This document shows, piece after piece, positions 44,498 through 55,329 of a stretch of 64,000 nucleotides of DNA (its first letter is position 1; each line of letters opens with the position of its first letter). Made by a program: the position numbers and the translations under genes. The notes beneath the pieces are model-generated. The model had not been told where the DNA came from. It saw only the letters and a program-made list of their open reading frames with translations, and ran no database searches. The stretch is taken from NCBI RefSeq assembly GCF_054482525.1, contig NZ_CM137006.1; one strand, written 5' to 3'.

Positions 44498-46170
44498 TCC
44501 TGCTACTTTGCAGCACTTCCGTTTTTGCCGGATTATTCGACGCGCCGGGACGTTCACAATTTGTCCCCGCGGATCAAGCCTTTGCTTTTGATTTTCAGCA
44601 AAACCAACATGACCTTAATCTGACCTGGCAGATCAAAGACGGTTACTACCTCTACCGTAAACAGATCCGCATTACGCCGGAACACGCGAAAATTGCCGAC
44701 GTGCAGCTGCCGCAAGGCGTCTGGCATGAAGATGAGTTTTACGGCAAAAGCGAGATTTACCGCGATCGGCTGACGCTTCCCGTAACCATCAACCAGGCGA
44801 GTGCGGGAGCGACGTTAACTGTCACCTACCAGGGCTGTGCTGATGCCGGTTTCTGTTATCCGCCAGAAACCAAAACCGTTCCGTTAAGCGAAGTGGTCGC
44901 CAACAACGAAGCGTCACAGCCTGTGTCTGTTCCACAGCAAGAGCAGCCCTCCGCGCAATTGCCCTTTTCCGCGCTCTGGGCGTTGTTGATCGGTATTGGT
45001 ATCGCCTTTACGCCATGCGTGCTGCCAATGTACCCACTGATTTCTGGCATCGTGCTGGGCGGTAAACAGCGGCTTTCCACTGCCAGGGCATTGTTGCTGA
45101 CCTTTATTTATGTGCAGGGGATGGCGCTGACTTACACGGCACTGGGTCTGGTGGTTGCCGCCGCAGGGTTACAGTTCCAGGCGGCGCTACAGCACCCATA
45201 CGTGCTCATTGGCCTCGCTATCGTCTTTACCTTGCTGGCGATGTCAATGTTTGGCTTGTTTACCCTGCAACTCCCCTCTTCGCTGCAAACGCGCCTCACG
45301 CTGATGAGCAATCGCCAACAGGGCGGCTCACCTGGCGGTGTGTTTGTTATGGGGGCGATTGCCGGACTGATCTGTTCACCATGCACCACCGCACCGCTTA
45401 GCGCGATTCTGCTGTATATCGCCCAAAGCGGGAACATGTGGCTGGGCGGCGGCACGCTTTATCTCTATGCGTTGGGCATGGGCCTGCCGCTGATGCTAAT
45501 AACCGTCTTTGGTAACCGCCTGCTGCCGAAAAGCGGCCCGTGGATGGAACAAGTCAAAACCGCGTTTGGTTTTGTGATCCTCGCACTGCCGGTCTTCCTG
45601 CTGGAGCGAGTGATTGGTGATATATGGGGATTACGCTTGTGGTCGGCGCTTGGTGTCGCATTCTTTGGCTGGGCCTTTATCACCAGCCTACAGGCCAAAC
45701 GCGGCTGGATGCGCGTGATGCAAATAATTCTGCTGGCAGCAGCATTGGTTAGCGTGCGCCCACTTCAGGATTGGGCATTTGGTGCGACGCATACCGCGCA
45801 AACTCAGACGCATCTCAACTTTACACAAATCAAAACGGTAGATGAGTTAAATCAGGCGCTCGTTGAAGCCAAAGGCAAACCGGTGATGTTAGATCTCTAT
45901 GCCGACTGGTGCGTCGCCTGTAAAGAGTTTGAGAAATACACCTTCAGCGACCCGCAGGTGCAAAAAGCGTTAGCAGACACGGTATTACTTCAGGCCAACG
46001 TCACTGCCAACGACGCACAAGATGTGGCGCTGTTAAAGCATCTTAATGTCCTTGGCCTACCGACAATTCTCTTTTTTGACGGACAAGGCCAGGAGCATCC
46101 ACAAGCACGCGTCACAGGCTTTATGGATGCTGAAACCTTCAGCGCACATTTGCGCGATCGCCAACCGTGA
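44473..46170 (+). CDS. dsbD: Thiol:disulfide interchange protein DsbD
   Basis: ORF 44392..46170; start [19 protein letters not shown] (565 aa); C-terminal thioredoxin CVAC motif; overlaps the cutA 3-prime end. Confidence 0.93.
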   Translation: MAQRIFTLILLLCSTSVFAGLFDAPGRSQFVPADQAFAFDFQQNQHDLNLTWQIKDGYYLYRKQIRITPEHAKIADVQLPQGVWHEDEFYGKSEIYRDRLTLPVTINQASAGATLTVTYQGCADAGFCYPPETKTVPLSEVVANNEASQPVSVPQQEQPSAQLPFSALWALLIGIGIAFTPCVLPMYPLISGIVLGGKQRLSTARALLLTFIYVQGMALTYTALGLVVAAAGLQFQAALQHPYVLIGLAIVFTLLAMSMFGLFTLQLPSSLQTRLTLMSNRQQGGSPGGVFVMGAIAGLICSPCTTAPLSAILLYIAQSGNMWLGGGTLYLYALGMGLPLMLITVFGNRLLPKSGPWMEQVKTAFGFVILALPVFLLERVIGDIWGLRLWSALGVAFFGWAFITSLQAKRGWMRVMQIILLAAALVSVRPLQDWAFGATHTAQTQTHLNFTQIKTVDELNQALVEAKGKPVMLDLYADWCVACKEFEKYTFSDPQVQKALADTVLLQANVTANDAQDVALLKHLNVLGLPTILFFDGQGQEHPQARVTGFMDAETFSAHLRDRQP

Positions 46171-46206
46171 ACGACACTTGCAGTGGGAAAGACGGAGGAA
46201 AATAGC

Positions 46207-46782
46207 GTGCAACGTGAAGATGTACTGGGAGAAGCCCTGAAATTATTAGAATTACAAGGGATTGCCAACACCACGCTGGAGATGGTTGCTGAACGTGTGG
46301 ATTATCCACTGGACGAGCTGCGCCGTTTCTGGCCAGACAAAGAGGCAATCCTCTACGATGCGCTGCGTTATCTTAGCCAACAGATAGATGTCTGGCGTCG
46401 TCAGCTGATGCTGGACGAAACGCAAACCGCCGAACAAAAGCTGCTGGCACGTTATCAGGCGTTATCGGAGTGCGTTAAAAACAACCGCTATCCGGGCTGT
46501 CTGTTTATCGCTGCCTGTACGTTTTATCCCGATCCTGGCCACCCTATTCATCAACTGGCCGATCAGCAAAAAAGCGCGGCCTACGATTTCACCCACGAAC
46601 TGTTAACCACGCTGGAAGTTGACGATCCGGCGATGGTAGCAAAGCAGATGGAACTGGTGCTGGAAGGCTGTTTAAGCCGAATGCTGGTGAATCGTAGCCA
46701 GGCGGATGTCGACACCGCACATCGGCTGGCAGAAGATATCCTGCGCTTCGCTCGCTGCCGCCAGGGTGGCGCACTGACCTGA
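46207..46782 (+). CDS. yjdC: TetR-family transcriptional regulator YjdC (CecR)
   Basis: ORF 46183..46782; GTG start at [31 protein letters not shown] (191 aa); TetR HTH. Confidence 0.85.
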
Positions 46783-46888
46783 CAGAAACACAGAAAAGAA
46801 GCGATTTGCCGCAATCTTAAGCAGTTGAATCGCTTTTACTGAAATTAGGTTGACGAGATGTGCAGATTACGGTTTAATGCGCCCCGTT

Positions 46889-46964
46889 GCCCGGATAGCT
46901 CAGTCGGTAGAGCAGGGGATTGAAAATCCCCGTGTCCTTGGTTCGATTCCGAGTCCGGGCACCA
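46889..46964 (+). tRNA. pheU: tRNA-Phe (anticodon GAA)
   Basis: 76 nt GCCCGGATAGCTCAGTCGGTAGAGCAGGGGATTGAAAATCCCCGTGTCCTTGGTTCGATTCCGAGTCCGGGCACCA; copy name assumed from position after yjdC. Confidence 0.96.
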
Positions 46965-46973
46965 AATTCATAT

Positions 46974-47001
46974 AAACGGACCTCCACGGAGGTCCGTTTT
47001 T
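46974..47001 (+). terminator. Rho-independent terminator downstream of tRNA-Phe
   Basis: Hairpin aaacggacctccacggaggtccgttttt with a trailing T-run. Confidence 0.85.
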
Positions 47002-47161
47002 CGTTTCAGAACGCCACGATTTAAGCGTTCTGCCTACAAATCAATTCTACCGAACTCAACCAGATTCCCCCCACATCAACCCCATTGTGTGGGTATAATT
47101 GCGGGTATACCCCAGTTCGACAGAATTTGTACCCTCTTTAACGCATTCAGAAGGCTGAACT

Positions 47162-48427
47162 ATGGCACTGACTGACGCAAAAATCCGGGCTGCAAAGCCC
47201 ACTGACAAGGCTTATAAACTCACTGACGGGGCTGGCATGTTCCTGCTGGTACATCCTAATGGTTCCCGTTACTGGCGTCTCCGTTATCGTATTCTGGGTA
47301 AGGAGAAGACTCTGGCACTTGGTGTGTATCCAGAAGTTTCTCTCTCCGAAGCTCGTACAAAACGGGATGAGGCCCGAAAACTGATTTCGGAGGGGATTGA
47401 CCCTTGCGAACAGAAAAGAGCTAAAAAAGTAGTCCCTGATTTACAGCTCTCTTTTGAACATATTGCACGACGCTGGCATGCCAGTAATAAACAATGGGCA
47501 CAATCACACAGCGATAAAGTACTCAAAAGCCTCGAAACACACGTTTTCCCCTTTATCGGCAACCGGGATATCACAACACTCAATACCCCGGATCTGCTTA
47601 TCCCTGTTCGTGCTGCAGAAGCTAAACAAATTTATGAAATCGCCAGTCGTCTGCAGCAAAGAATATCTGCCGTAATGCGTTATGCCGTACAGTCTGGCAT
47701 CATCAGATATAATCCTGCTCTGGATATGGCTGGCGCATTGACTACGGTACAACGCCAGCATCGCCCCGCTCTTGATCTTTCACGTCTGCCTGAACTTCTG
47801 TCGCGTATTAACAGTTATAAAGGTCAGCCTGTCACCCGGCTTGCCGTTATGCTGAATTTACTGGTTTTTATTCGTTCCAGTGAACTCAGATACGCCCGCT
47901 GGTCTGAAATTGATATTGACAATGCCATGTGGACTATTCCAGCCGAACGCAAACCTCTGCCAGGGGTAAAATTCTCACACCGGGGCTCCAAGATGCGAAC
48001 ACCACATCTTGTGCCACTCAGCAAACAGGCTGTAGCCATACTGACAGAACTTCAGACATGGGCTGGTGAAAATGGTCTGATCTTTACGGGAGCACATGAC
48101 CCGCGTAAACCAATCAGTGAAAATACCGTAAATAAGGCCCTCAGAGTGATGGGGTATGACACAACCAAGGAAGTCTGTGGCCATGGATTCCGGGCGATGG
48201 CGTGCAGTGCATTGATTGAATCCGGCTTATGGTCAAGAGATGCGGTTGAACGTCAGATGAGTCATCAGGAGCGCAACGGAGTACGTGCCGCGTATATTCA
48301 TAAAGCAGAACATCTGGAAGAACGTCGGCTTATGCTGCAATGGTGGGCAGATTTTCTGGATGCAAACAGGGAGGAGTGTATCAGTCCGTTTGAATATGCA
48401 AAAGTTAACAATCCACTGAAAAGGTGA
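47162..48427 (+). CDS. int: P4-family tyrosine recombinase (phage-type integrase)
   Basis: 421-aa ORF MALTDAKIRAAKPTDKAYKLTDGAGMFLLVHPNGSRYWRLRYR (typical P4-Int N-terminus); C-terminal catalytic region with HxxR and the conserved tyrosine region. Confidence 0.92.
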   Translation: MALTDAKIRAAKPTDKAYKLTDGAGMFLLVHPNGSRYWRLRYRILGKEKTLALGVYPEVSLSEARTKRDEARKLISEGIDPCEQKRAKKVVPDLQLSFEHIARRWHASNKQWAQSHSDKVLKSLETHVFPFIGNRDITTLNTPDLLIPVRAAEAKQIYEIASRLQQRISAVMRYAVQSGIIRYNPALDMAGALTTVQRQHRPALDLSRLPELLSRINSYKGQPVTRLAVMLNLLVFIRSSELRYARWSEIDIDNAMWTIPAERKPLPGVKFSHRGSKMRTPHLVPLSKQAVAILTELQTWAGENGLIFTGAHDPRKPISENTVNKALRVMGYDTTKEVCGHGFRAMACSALIESGLWSRDAVERQMSHQERNGVRAAYIHKAEHLEERRLMLQWWADFLDANREECISPFEYAKVNNPLKR

Positions 48428-48652
48428 CTGAACGCCATTTACACACATGCTCTTCCTCTTAAGGGGAAGAGCACCCGCCTCAATCAATTTCTTTTTTATG
48501 CCGGCGGAACCATCAGCCAGGCTGAGGTTCTCATTCAATAACTCAACGTCTTACCACAGAACAGAATTCACTGTATTATCATGGGCAACGTTAATCCCGG
48601 ACAATAAAAGGACACCGATGCCAGGCATCACAATTTTTATAGCCTGCAGATT

Positions 48653-49726
48653 ATGGTCCATCCTTTTTTACAGGTTCAGAATATGACTGGCAAATTACGC
48701 TTTGAAGTGAACGATAACCAGGGCTGTTTCATATTTTCGGAAACCTGGTTTGGCTCGTTGCTGGATGAGTTTGAAGAACTGATTGATGCATACGATGCGG
48801 ATGAAATCAGCGAAACAAGTTACATCAACAAACTCAGGCGCCTTGCCCGACAGGAGAATGACTTTATTGATGTACACGCTCACTTGGCATACGTATTTCT
48901 GGAGCAGAATGCCCCGCGTAAGGCGCTGAATGCTGCCCTTAAAGGGCTGGCAGTTGGCAATCGTCTTATCCCTGAAGGTTTCAGTGGCAGAATCATCTGG
49001 ATACATCCTGACAACCGACCTTTTCTTCGTGCCCTCTATGCGGCAATCCTGGCAAATGCACATTTACGGCGTCATCAGGATGCCATCATGCTCATTGAAA
49101 AAATACTGGATTACAATCCCGAAGATAATCATGGTGCACGCTGGCTACTGGGACCGGAACTGTTACGCACTGGCGCTCATGAACAGGCACGCCATATACT
49201 GCAGGAACATGCAGATGAATTTTCACCTTACTGGTATGAACTCGGCCTTCTGCATTTTCTTAATGGGGAACTGGTAAAAGCTGCAACTGCATTTCGTCGC
49301 GGCTTTGCGGCAAATACTTACATCGCAGAAATACTGTGCGGAAATCTGCATCCATTTCCACTTGCTGTATGGCATAACTTTTCAGGCGGTCCGGATACTG
49401 CCGAAGATTATTATGCCACATACCACCCGTTATGGGGGCAATATCCGGAAGCATTGCTGTTTGTAAACTGGCTCTATAATCATTCCTCTGTGCTGCATGA
49501 ACGGGCAGAAATCATTAAATGCGCCGAAATGCTGATGCAGGAAGATGATTTCGAAATATGCGAAAGTATTTTAAGACAGCAGGAGAAGTTGCGTGAAAGA
49601 ATTGATGAGACGCTTTCTGAGAAAATTGTACAGAAATGCAGAAATATGAATGGTGAATATGTCTGGCCCTGGATATTGCCGTTTTCAGCGGCAGGCATGA
49701 AACATACTGGCATACAGTATCAGTAG
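48653..49726 (+). CDS. Hypothetical protein, helical/TPR-like repeats, function unknown
   Basis: 357-aa ORF (alternative start 48683 MTGKLRFEV); TPR-like helical repeat segments (for example WYELGLLHFLNGELVKAATAFRRGF); no catalytic motif recognised. Confidence 0.6.
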   Translation: MVHPFLQVQNMTGKLRFEVNDNQGCFIFSETWFGSLLDEFEELIDAYDADEISETSYINKLRRLARQENDFIDVHAHLAYVFLEQNAPRKALNAALKGLAVGNRLIPEGFSGRIIWIHPDNRPFLRALYAAILANAHLRRHQDAIMLIEKILDYNPEDNHGARWLLGPELLRTGAHEQARHILQEHADEFSPYWYELGLLHFLNGELVKAATAFRRGFAANTYIAEILCGNLHPFPLAVWHNFSGGPDTAEDYYATYHPLWGQYPEALLFVNWLYNHSSVLHERAEIIKCAEMLMQEDDFEICESILRQQEKLRERIDETLSEKIVQKCRNMNGEYVWPWILPFSAAGMKHTGIQYQ

Positions 49727-49797
49727 ATATTGCATTAGTGTATCCTGCACACAAGTAATAATTTATCCACCAATAATAACACTGTTAATGTCCCCTT

Positions 49798-49840
49798 CCC
49801 CTGGTTGTCAGCCAGGGGTTATCTTCTGAATATTTCTTTT
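49798..49840 (+). terminator. Putative intrinsic terminator after the 357-aa ORF
   Basis: Hairpin cccctgg-ttgtcag-ccagggg followed by a T-rich tract (ttatcttctgaatatttctttt). Confidence 0.55.
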
Positions 49841-50085
49841 GAAAAGGATAACACAGTAAATTATTTTTATGAATTATCCCATGGACTCATTAACACCCTT
49901 TCATAATGCTTTATTGTCAAACACGTTATGGCTGACATCAAAAAAAACCGGATTTCCTCTGCCAGCGGGTAATCACCTCCCCGGTGTTTTCGGTTGGTCT
50001 GGTTACTCCTGTCTGGTTATGAGCAAGATAATTGCTATAAACAGTGGAAAACTCATCGTACATAATCTGGTGATGAACATTACGC

Positions 50086-51588
50086 TTATTTTCCCTTGAC
50101 CGGAAGAATCAGAGGCTGCGGTTTCAGACTGTCTGCCGGTACATTCCTCTCTCCGTTAAAAACCATAACGGGTTCATTATCTTCGTCTGTCAGCAGATTG
50201 AATGGCGGTATATTTTCAGTACGAATGCCGGTCAGCCACTGAAAAATACCTGCGAAATGACGGGCACTGATTTTTCTGCTGACGGACTGATGAGACGTGA
50301 TGTCACTGGCGGTAATAATCAGGGGAACGCTGTAGCCTCCCTGCACATGACCATCATGATGAACAGGATTAGCACTGTCGCTGACCGACAGACCATGGTC
50401 AGAAAAGTAAAGCATGGCAAAATGACGGGAATGCCGGCGAAGGATACCATCAAGCTGCCCGAGAAAGTTATCCAGTTTACTGATGCTGGCGAGGTAACAG
50501 GCAATCTTCCGGGGGAACTGCTCCTGGTAATTATTCGGCCAGGAGTGAAGCCGGTCACACGGGTTCGGATGAGACCCCATCATGTGCAGGAATATCACCT
50601 TCGGAGAGGATTTATCCGCCAGCGCACGTTCTGTTTCCTGTAACAACAACATGTCATCCGTTTTACGGGAAGCGAAGCTGCCTTTCTTGAGGAAAACGGT
50701 ATGCTCCGCATCAGAAGCAATAACAGAGATGCGTGTGTCATGCTCTCCCAGTTTTCCCTGATTGGATATCCACCATGTGCTGTATCCTGCTTTTGCTGCC
50801 AGCGCCACCACGTTGTTGCCGGAATCAGGGTTCTGCTCATAGTCATAAATCAGTGTCCGGCTCAGGGAAGGCACAGTACTGGCTGCTGCCGATGTATAGC
50901 CGTCAATAAATAAACCGGGAGCAGTATTCAGCCACGGTGTGGTTGGCACGGGATAGCCATATACCGACATATAATCCCTGCGCACACTCTCACCAGTGAC
51001 GATAACAATCGTGTCATACAACGGTACACCCGGCAGGATTTTCCAGTTGTCAGCCCCGTGCTGATTCAGTTGTTTATAACGCTGCATTTCACGCAATGTG
51101 TCAGTTGTCCCCACAACAGTTCCTTTAACCATCCGCAACGGCCAGCTGTTTACTGAGCATAATACGAACAGCAGCAGTGCCAGCCAGTTACGGTGACCAC
51201 GGCGGTGTGTTCGCCAGAAAATCACCATGAATACCTGAATCGCGGCACTGACCAGAAAATGATAAACAGGAATCATCCCGGTAAACTCCGCTGCCTCATC
51301 AGTTGTGGTCTGCAGCAACGCGACAATAAAACTGTTGTTGATTTTACCGTACGTCATACCGGCAGGCGCATACAGTGCACAACAGAACAGAAATAACAGC
51401 GCTGTAATGGATGTGAGGGTATTTCTGTGTGCAAGGAGCAGAAGAAGGAACAGCAGCAACACATTCCCGGTGGCATTCTTCTCAGTGTATCCGCATGCAA
51501 TTGTGGTTATTGCAGAAACGACAAAAAAGAATAAAAACAATAAAATCCGGGGGGTGTTACCCGGACAAAACAGTTTTCTGATATTCAT
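50086..51588 (-). CDS. Phosphoethanolamine-transferase-like membrane enzyme (sulfatase/alkaline-phosphatase superfamily, EptA/OpgE-like)
   Basis: 500-aa ORF; N-terminal multi-TM region, then a soluble domain with transferase-like motifs (TGESVRRDYMSVYGY and HMMGSHPNP); AT-rich. Confidence 0.7.
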   Translation of the reverse strand: MNIRKLFCPGNTPRILLFLFFFVVSAITTIACGYTEKNATGNVLLLFLLLLLAHRNTLTSITALLFLFCCALYAPAGMTYGKINNSFIVALLQTTTDEAAEFTGMIPVYHFLVSAAIQVFMVIFWRTHRRGHRNWLALLLFVLCSVNSWPLRMVKGTVVGTTDTLREMQRYKQLNQHGADNWKILPGVPLYDTIVIVTGESVRRDYMSVYGYPVPTTPWLNTAPGLFIDGYTSAAASTVPSLSRTLIYDYEQNPDSGNNVVALAAKAGYSTWWISNQGKLGEHDTRISVIASDAEHTVFLKKGSFASRKTDDMLLLQETERALADKSSPKVIFLHMMGSHPNPCDRLHSWPNNYQEQFPRKIACYLASISKLDNFLGQLDGILRRHSRHFAMLYFSDHGLSVSDSANPVHHDGHVQGGYSVPLIITASDITSHQSVSRKISARHFAGIFQWLTGIRTENIPPFNLLTDEDNEPVMVFNGERNVPADSLKPQPLILPVKGK

Positions 51589-51647
51589 CGGAGTATATCG
51601 ACAACATTATTATGAAGAGAACAGGATAATAAAAATCAGAAATTATC

Positions 51648-51692
51648 TGTAAAACAGATAAAAGACAACCCTGCAGTAATAGACTGCAGGGT
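51648..51692 (-). terminator. Putative intrinsic terminator after the outer-membrane protein gene
   Basis: Perfect hairpin accctgcag-taataga-ctgcagggt with a T-run following it on the minus strand. Confidence 0.6.
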
Positions 51693-51769
51693 ATTTCTGT
51701 TTAATTGCAGAAGATATGCAATTATCTTAATTACAGAATATACGCAATTATCGTTCAGGAGCAGTGTCG

Positions 51770-52510
51770 TCAGAAGTTATAAGTCATACCAAGCATGATG
51801 TCATGACTTTTAACATCAACTTCTGACTTATATTTATCGCCCCACTCGTCCTTGTAACTCACACTGCTGTCACCTGCATCAAGATAGCGATAGCTGAGGT
51901 CCAGAGCGATATCCGGGGTTACGTCATAGCGGACACCCGCGCCAAGGCTCCATGCGAAGTTGTCAGCAGAGCCTGAACGTGACAACGATTCGCGACCACT
52001 GCTTCCGTACTCATAATCCCAGGTACTGATACCGGTTGTTTTCTGGTGAATTCTGGCGTAGCCAATCCCTGCGGATACCCATGGTGTGAATGCGCTGTCA
52101 TTCCGGAAGTCATAGTACGCATTCAGCATTAGTGTGTTGACTGACACCTCATTCTTCAGGTCATCACGCCAGTAACCACCTGACCAGCTGTCTTTATCTA
52201 CGTTATACTTCGAATCAGCTTTTCCACGAGCGTAAAACTCCAGTTCTGTTCGAACCGGAATACTGAACTGCGGATAAAAATCATAACCAGCCGCGATACC
52301 ACCACTGAATACCGTATCATGGTCATCGCCGCCTTTATACTTTGACGTTTCTTCCTCATCTCCTGACAGGAAATGCTGGTCTGAAAGTGACACCACAGAG
52401 GTACCGGCTTTACCGGTCAGATAAAAACCGCTTTTACCTTCCTCAGCACCTGCATTTGCTGCAAATACACAGGCTGTGGCCACCACTGAAACAGCAAAAA
52501 CCTTTTTCAT
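51770..52510 (-). CDS. Outer-membrane beta-barrel protein of the Hek/Hra/Tia (opacity-adhesin/invasin-like) family
   Basis: ORF 51770..52525; start MKKVFAVSVVATACVFAANAGA (signal peptide); alternating amphipathic beta-strand pattern; C-terminal barrel signature ending in Phe (LGMTYNF). Confidence 0.65.
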   Translation of the reverse strand: MKKVFAVSVVATACVFAANAGAEEGKSGFYLTGKAGTSVVSLSDQHFLSGDEEETSKYKGGDDHDTVFSGGIAAGYDFYPQFSIPVRTELEFYARGKADSKYNVDKDSWSGGYWRDDLKNEVSVNTLMLNAYYDFRNDSAFTPWVSAGIGYARIHQKTTGISTWDYEYGSSGRESLSRSGSADNFAWSLGAGVRYDVTPDIALDLSYRYLDAGDSSVSYKDEWGDKYKSEVDVKSHDIMLGMTYNF

Positions 52511-52727
52511 TTCAATTATCTCCATTATTGTATCATCATTTTAATATATATTTTTAATATTTAAAAACCGGACTAAAGGCAGCCTCAACACTCCACACTA
52601 CGGAAGCCAGACTTTTACTCTACACAAAATAAATATATCTTCTCAGTGAGGACGTGAACGCCTGTCTGAAATTATGTGAATACAACCTCCCCAGAATACA
52701 AACAGGCAGGGGCACTGGAGTAACCGA

Positions 52728-53096
52728 TCACAATACTTCTGCCTTTTTATATTTTACCGATAATCTCCGTTTAATATAGTTCTTACCGATTTCATAATCG
52801 GGGTTCCATGTAGATAAATTATGAACACCTATTGCTACTGCACTCGCCACTCCCAGAATTACGGTTGGTGACCATAAAGAACCAGCTAAAGCTGTACTCC
52901 TGTACTCAGTATATACACGACAACTTAATTTCGTTTTCTCTATTTCATGCTCCACTCTTTTTACCGTTTCACTAACATCGGAAACATTTTCGATCACAAA
53001 ACTCTTACGTTCATAAATAAGCTTGCTTAATGTATTTATATCTAAAAATTTCGCATCAAAAGAATCAATCTGTACTGTTTTTTCTTGTGCTGACAT
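52728..53096 (-). CDS. Hypothetical protein with a single C-terminal TM helix
   Basis: 122-aa ORF in an AT-rich segment; hydrophobic stretch ALAGSLWSPTVILGVASAVAIGV; no recognisable domain. Confidence 0.45.
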   Translation of the reverse strand: MSAQEKTVQIDSFDAKFLDINTLSKLIYERKSFVIENVSDVSETVKRVEHEIEKTKLSCRVYTEYRSTALAGSLWSPTVILGVASAVAIGVHNLSTWNPDYEIGKNYIKRRLSVKYKKAEVL

Positions 53097-54404
53097 CTTC
53101 TTTTCCTGGCTGGTATGGCAAGTGACGGAGACAAGAGAAACGTTTTAAGCTCAGTTATCTCCGCCATCACTTTCCACGAATGACAAGTAATTTTGCCTAT
53201 TTTAAAACCATGCAAAAGGCAGGGTAAAAGGAGAAAATTCGATCGAATCGATCGACAAAATCGATCATACATGATGAAGATTTTTTATCGAATCCATAAA
53301 AATAGTGACAGCTAACCGGCGTTGCAGGAACAGTCAGAAATGGGCGTTTGGGAAAGAGCCATAGCACTACGTCGTCGCTGACATAGAGGAACTGTGCTTT
53401 GTTGATAAGATCCTTTATACGGCAACCAATCCACTGGACAAAAGATGAACTACGTAATCACCGGGTTCTCACTGACGAAATACAGAAGTTAATGACACAA
53501 CTGTGCCATGTACCTTGTACAACAGCGGTGGAAAGCTCTCAGAACAATGGAATTGCAGAAAGGTGTTAAAACGATGAAAGCCTTCATACCCAAATCGAAT
53601 GTAAGAACGGCAGTAAAGACTGAATTGCGTAACCTTGCATTAGCTCGAGTATTACACTGCATAGTGTGCAGGGTTATCTCCCATCGAGAAAATATCGGCG
53701 CCAGCGAATAACGTCACCTTAGATGTAGCAGTTGCCAAATAGTGACTCAAGGGCGGGCTTACCGCATACACTGACACTTAGCGGATCGACAGAATATTAT
53801 TAGCAGATCATCCCTGAACGCAACGTAATTATCGTAATAAAGGCTTTTTCTGGCTACCAGGAAGATCTGACATGGCTCTGCTCTGGAACCAGGCCGCAGG
53901 AAGCATCAATCTGGAGTTTATCAGCTACTGGAATTCCGGTGTATTGGCAGCCCCTGATAATCACCTGACCCACGAAGAGCGCTCTGCTTTGCAGAAACTC
54001 TGGGGCGGTTTGGAGACAGGAGATGCCATTTAACGATTATAGGACGTTCTGATGAAGTCCATGATTTTACCTCCGCCTTAATTAACTGTTTTCTTTCTGA
54101 AGAAGAGATTGTCTGGTGGCAATCAGGTGGCATTTTCCCGGATCCCTGGCCCGCTAATATATCCCGGCTGAACTGACGATTAACGCGATATTGCAAATAT
54201 GGCATCTGAATCGATCATGATTTGGCGGCATCCATCTCCGTTCACAGTTTGGCATGCTTCCGATCATTGATTGGCATCCAGCCAGTCACTCCGGGAATTA
54301 ACTCTTTTCACCGCAGTCTCCATTGCCGTGTTTAAACCAATGGAGACGTCAATGTCCAAAAAGAGAATATCCAGGAGCACTATGGATACCTGTTTTAAGA
54401 TCCT

Positions 54405-54623
54405 TCAGCTCAAGTTCGACCAGAAGCTGGCTAACCGTTGTATCGGACTTGCAAAACACCAATGGGGATTGATCTCTATTTTGCGACACAGACGCATTAT
54501 CAATACATCGATGGTGCGATCAAATACCTCAGTGCTCTCACCGTGGATCAAATCCAGCAATTGCTCACAGATTAAGACTCGTCGGGAGTTTTGAGCCAAC
54601 GCCAGCAGTAAACCCATATTCAC
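54405..54623 (-). pseudogene. Fragment of a winged-helix (OmpR/ToxR-type) DNA-binding domain; probably a gene remnant
   Basis: 72-aa ORF containing ...EQLLDLIHGESTEVFDRTIDVLIMRLCRKIEINP, matching the recognition-helix and wing pattern of OmpR-family output domains; no receiver domain or full-length ORF around it. Confidence 0.4.
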
Positions 54624-54954
54624 CTTGAGTGAAATCTACAGGCTGTTGATGAGCATCAACCAGCACGTAACGGTCCGGGATCAAGTGTCCAGCCGTTAAA
54701 AAAACCACTCTACTACCCTGCTCGACCTAAGCCTCGGCGTTCAGCCGCCTGAACGGGTATGGCAAGGGTGAAAAGAAACAGCATCCCCAAAGTACCGACC
54801 AGACGACAGGATGATGCTGGAACAGAAAGCATACGCACCTCCCTTAGAATTAGACAGTGCGTACAGGATACGTAAGACAGGGTGACGGGGCGGCGATAAA
54901 CCCCGAACACATGGCAGAGTGTGACCACCGGATAATGCGCTCTGAGTTTCCCGA

Positions 54955-55269
<315 letters not shown>

Positions 55270-55285
55270 TTATGTTGTGGTGAGA

Positions 55286-55328
<43 letters not shown>

Positions 55329-55329
55329 A

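Noticed and set aside
48449-48497. Perfect 8-bp-stem hairpin (gctcttcc-tcttaagg-ggaagagc) after the integrase gene
   Set aside because: The T-run is about 16 nt away from the stem, so it is not a canonical intrinsic terminator; it could be a protein-binding inverted repeat, but the evidence is insufficient to call.
49869-50099. 76-aa plus-strand ORF between the TPR-like gene and the PEtN-transferase-like gene
   Set aside because: It overlaps the 3-prime end of the minus-strand transferase gene and lies downstream of the terminator hairpin; no ribosome-binding site or domain; likely non-coding.
53871-54035. Roughly 53-aa ORF (MALLWNQAAGSINLEF...) and neighbouring short ORFs in the decayed region
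   Set aside because: No recognisable family, no coherent operon context, surrounded by IS debris; treated as probable gene remnants rather than called as genes.
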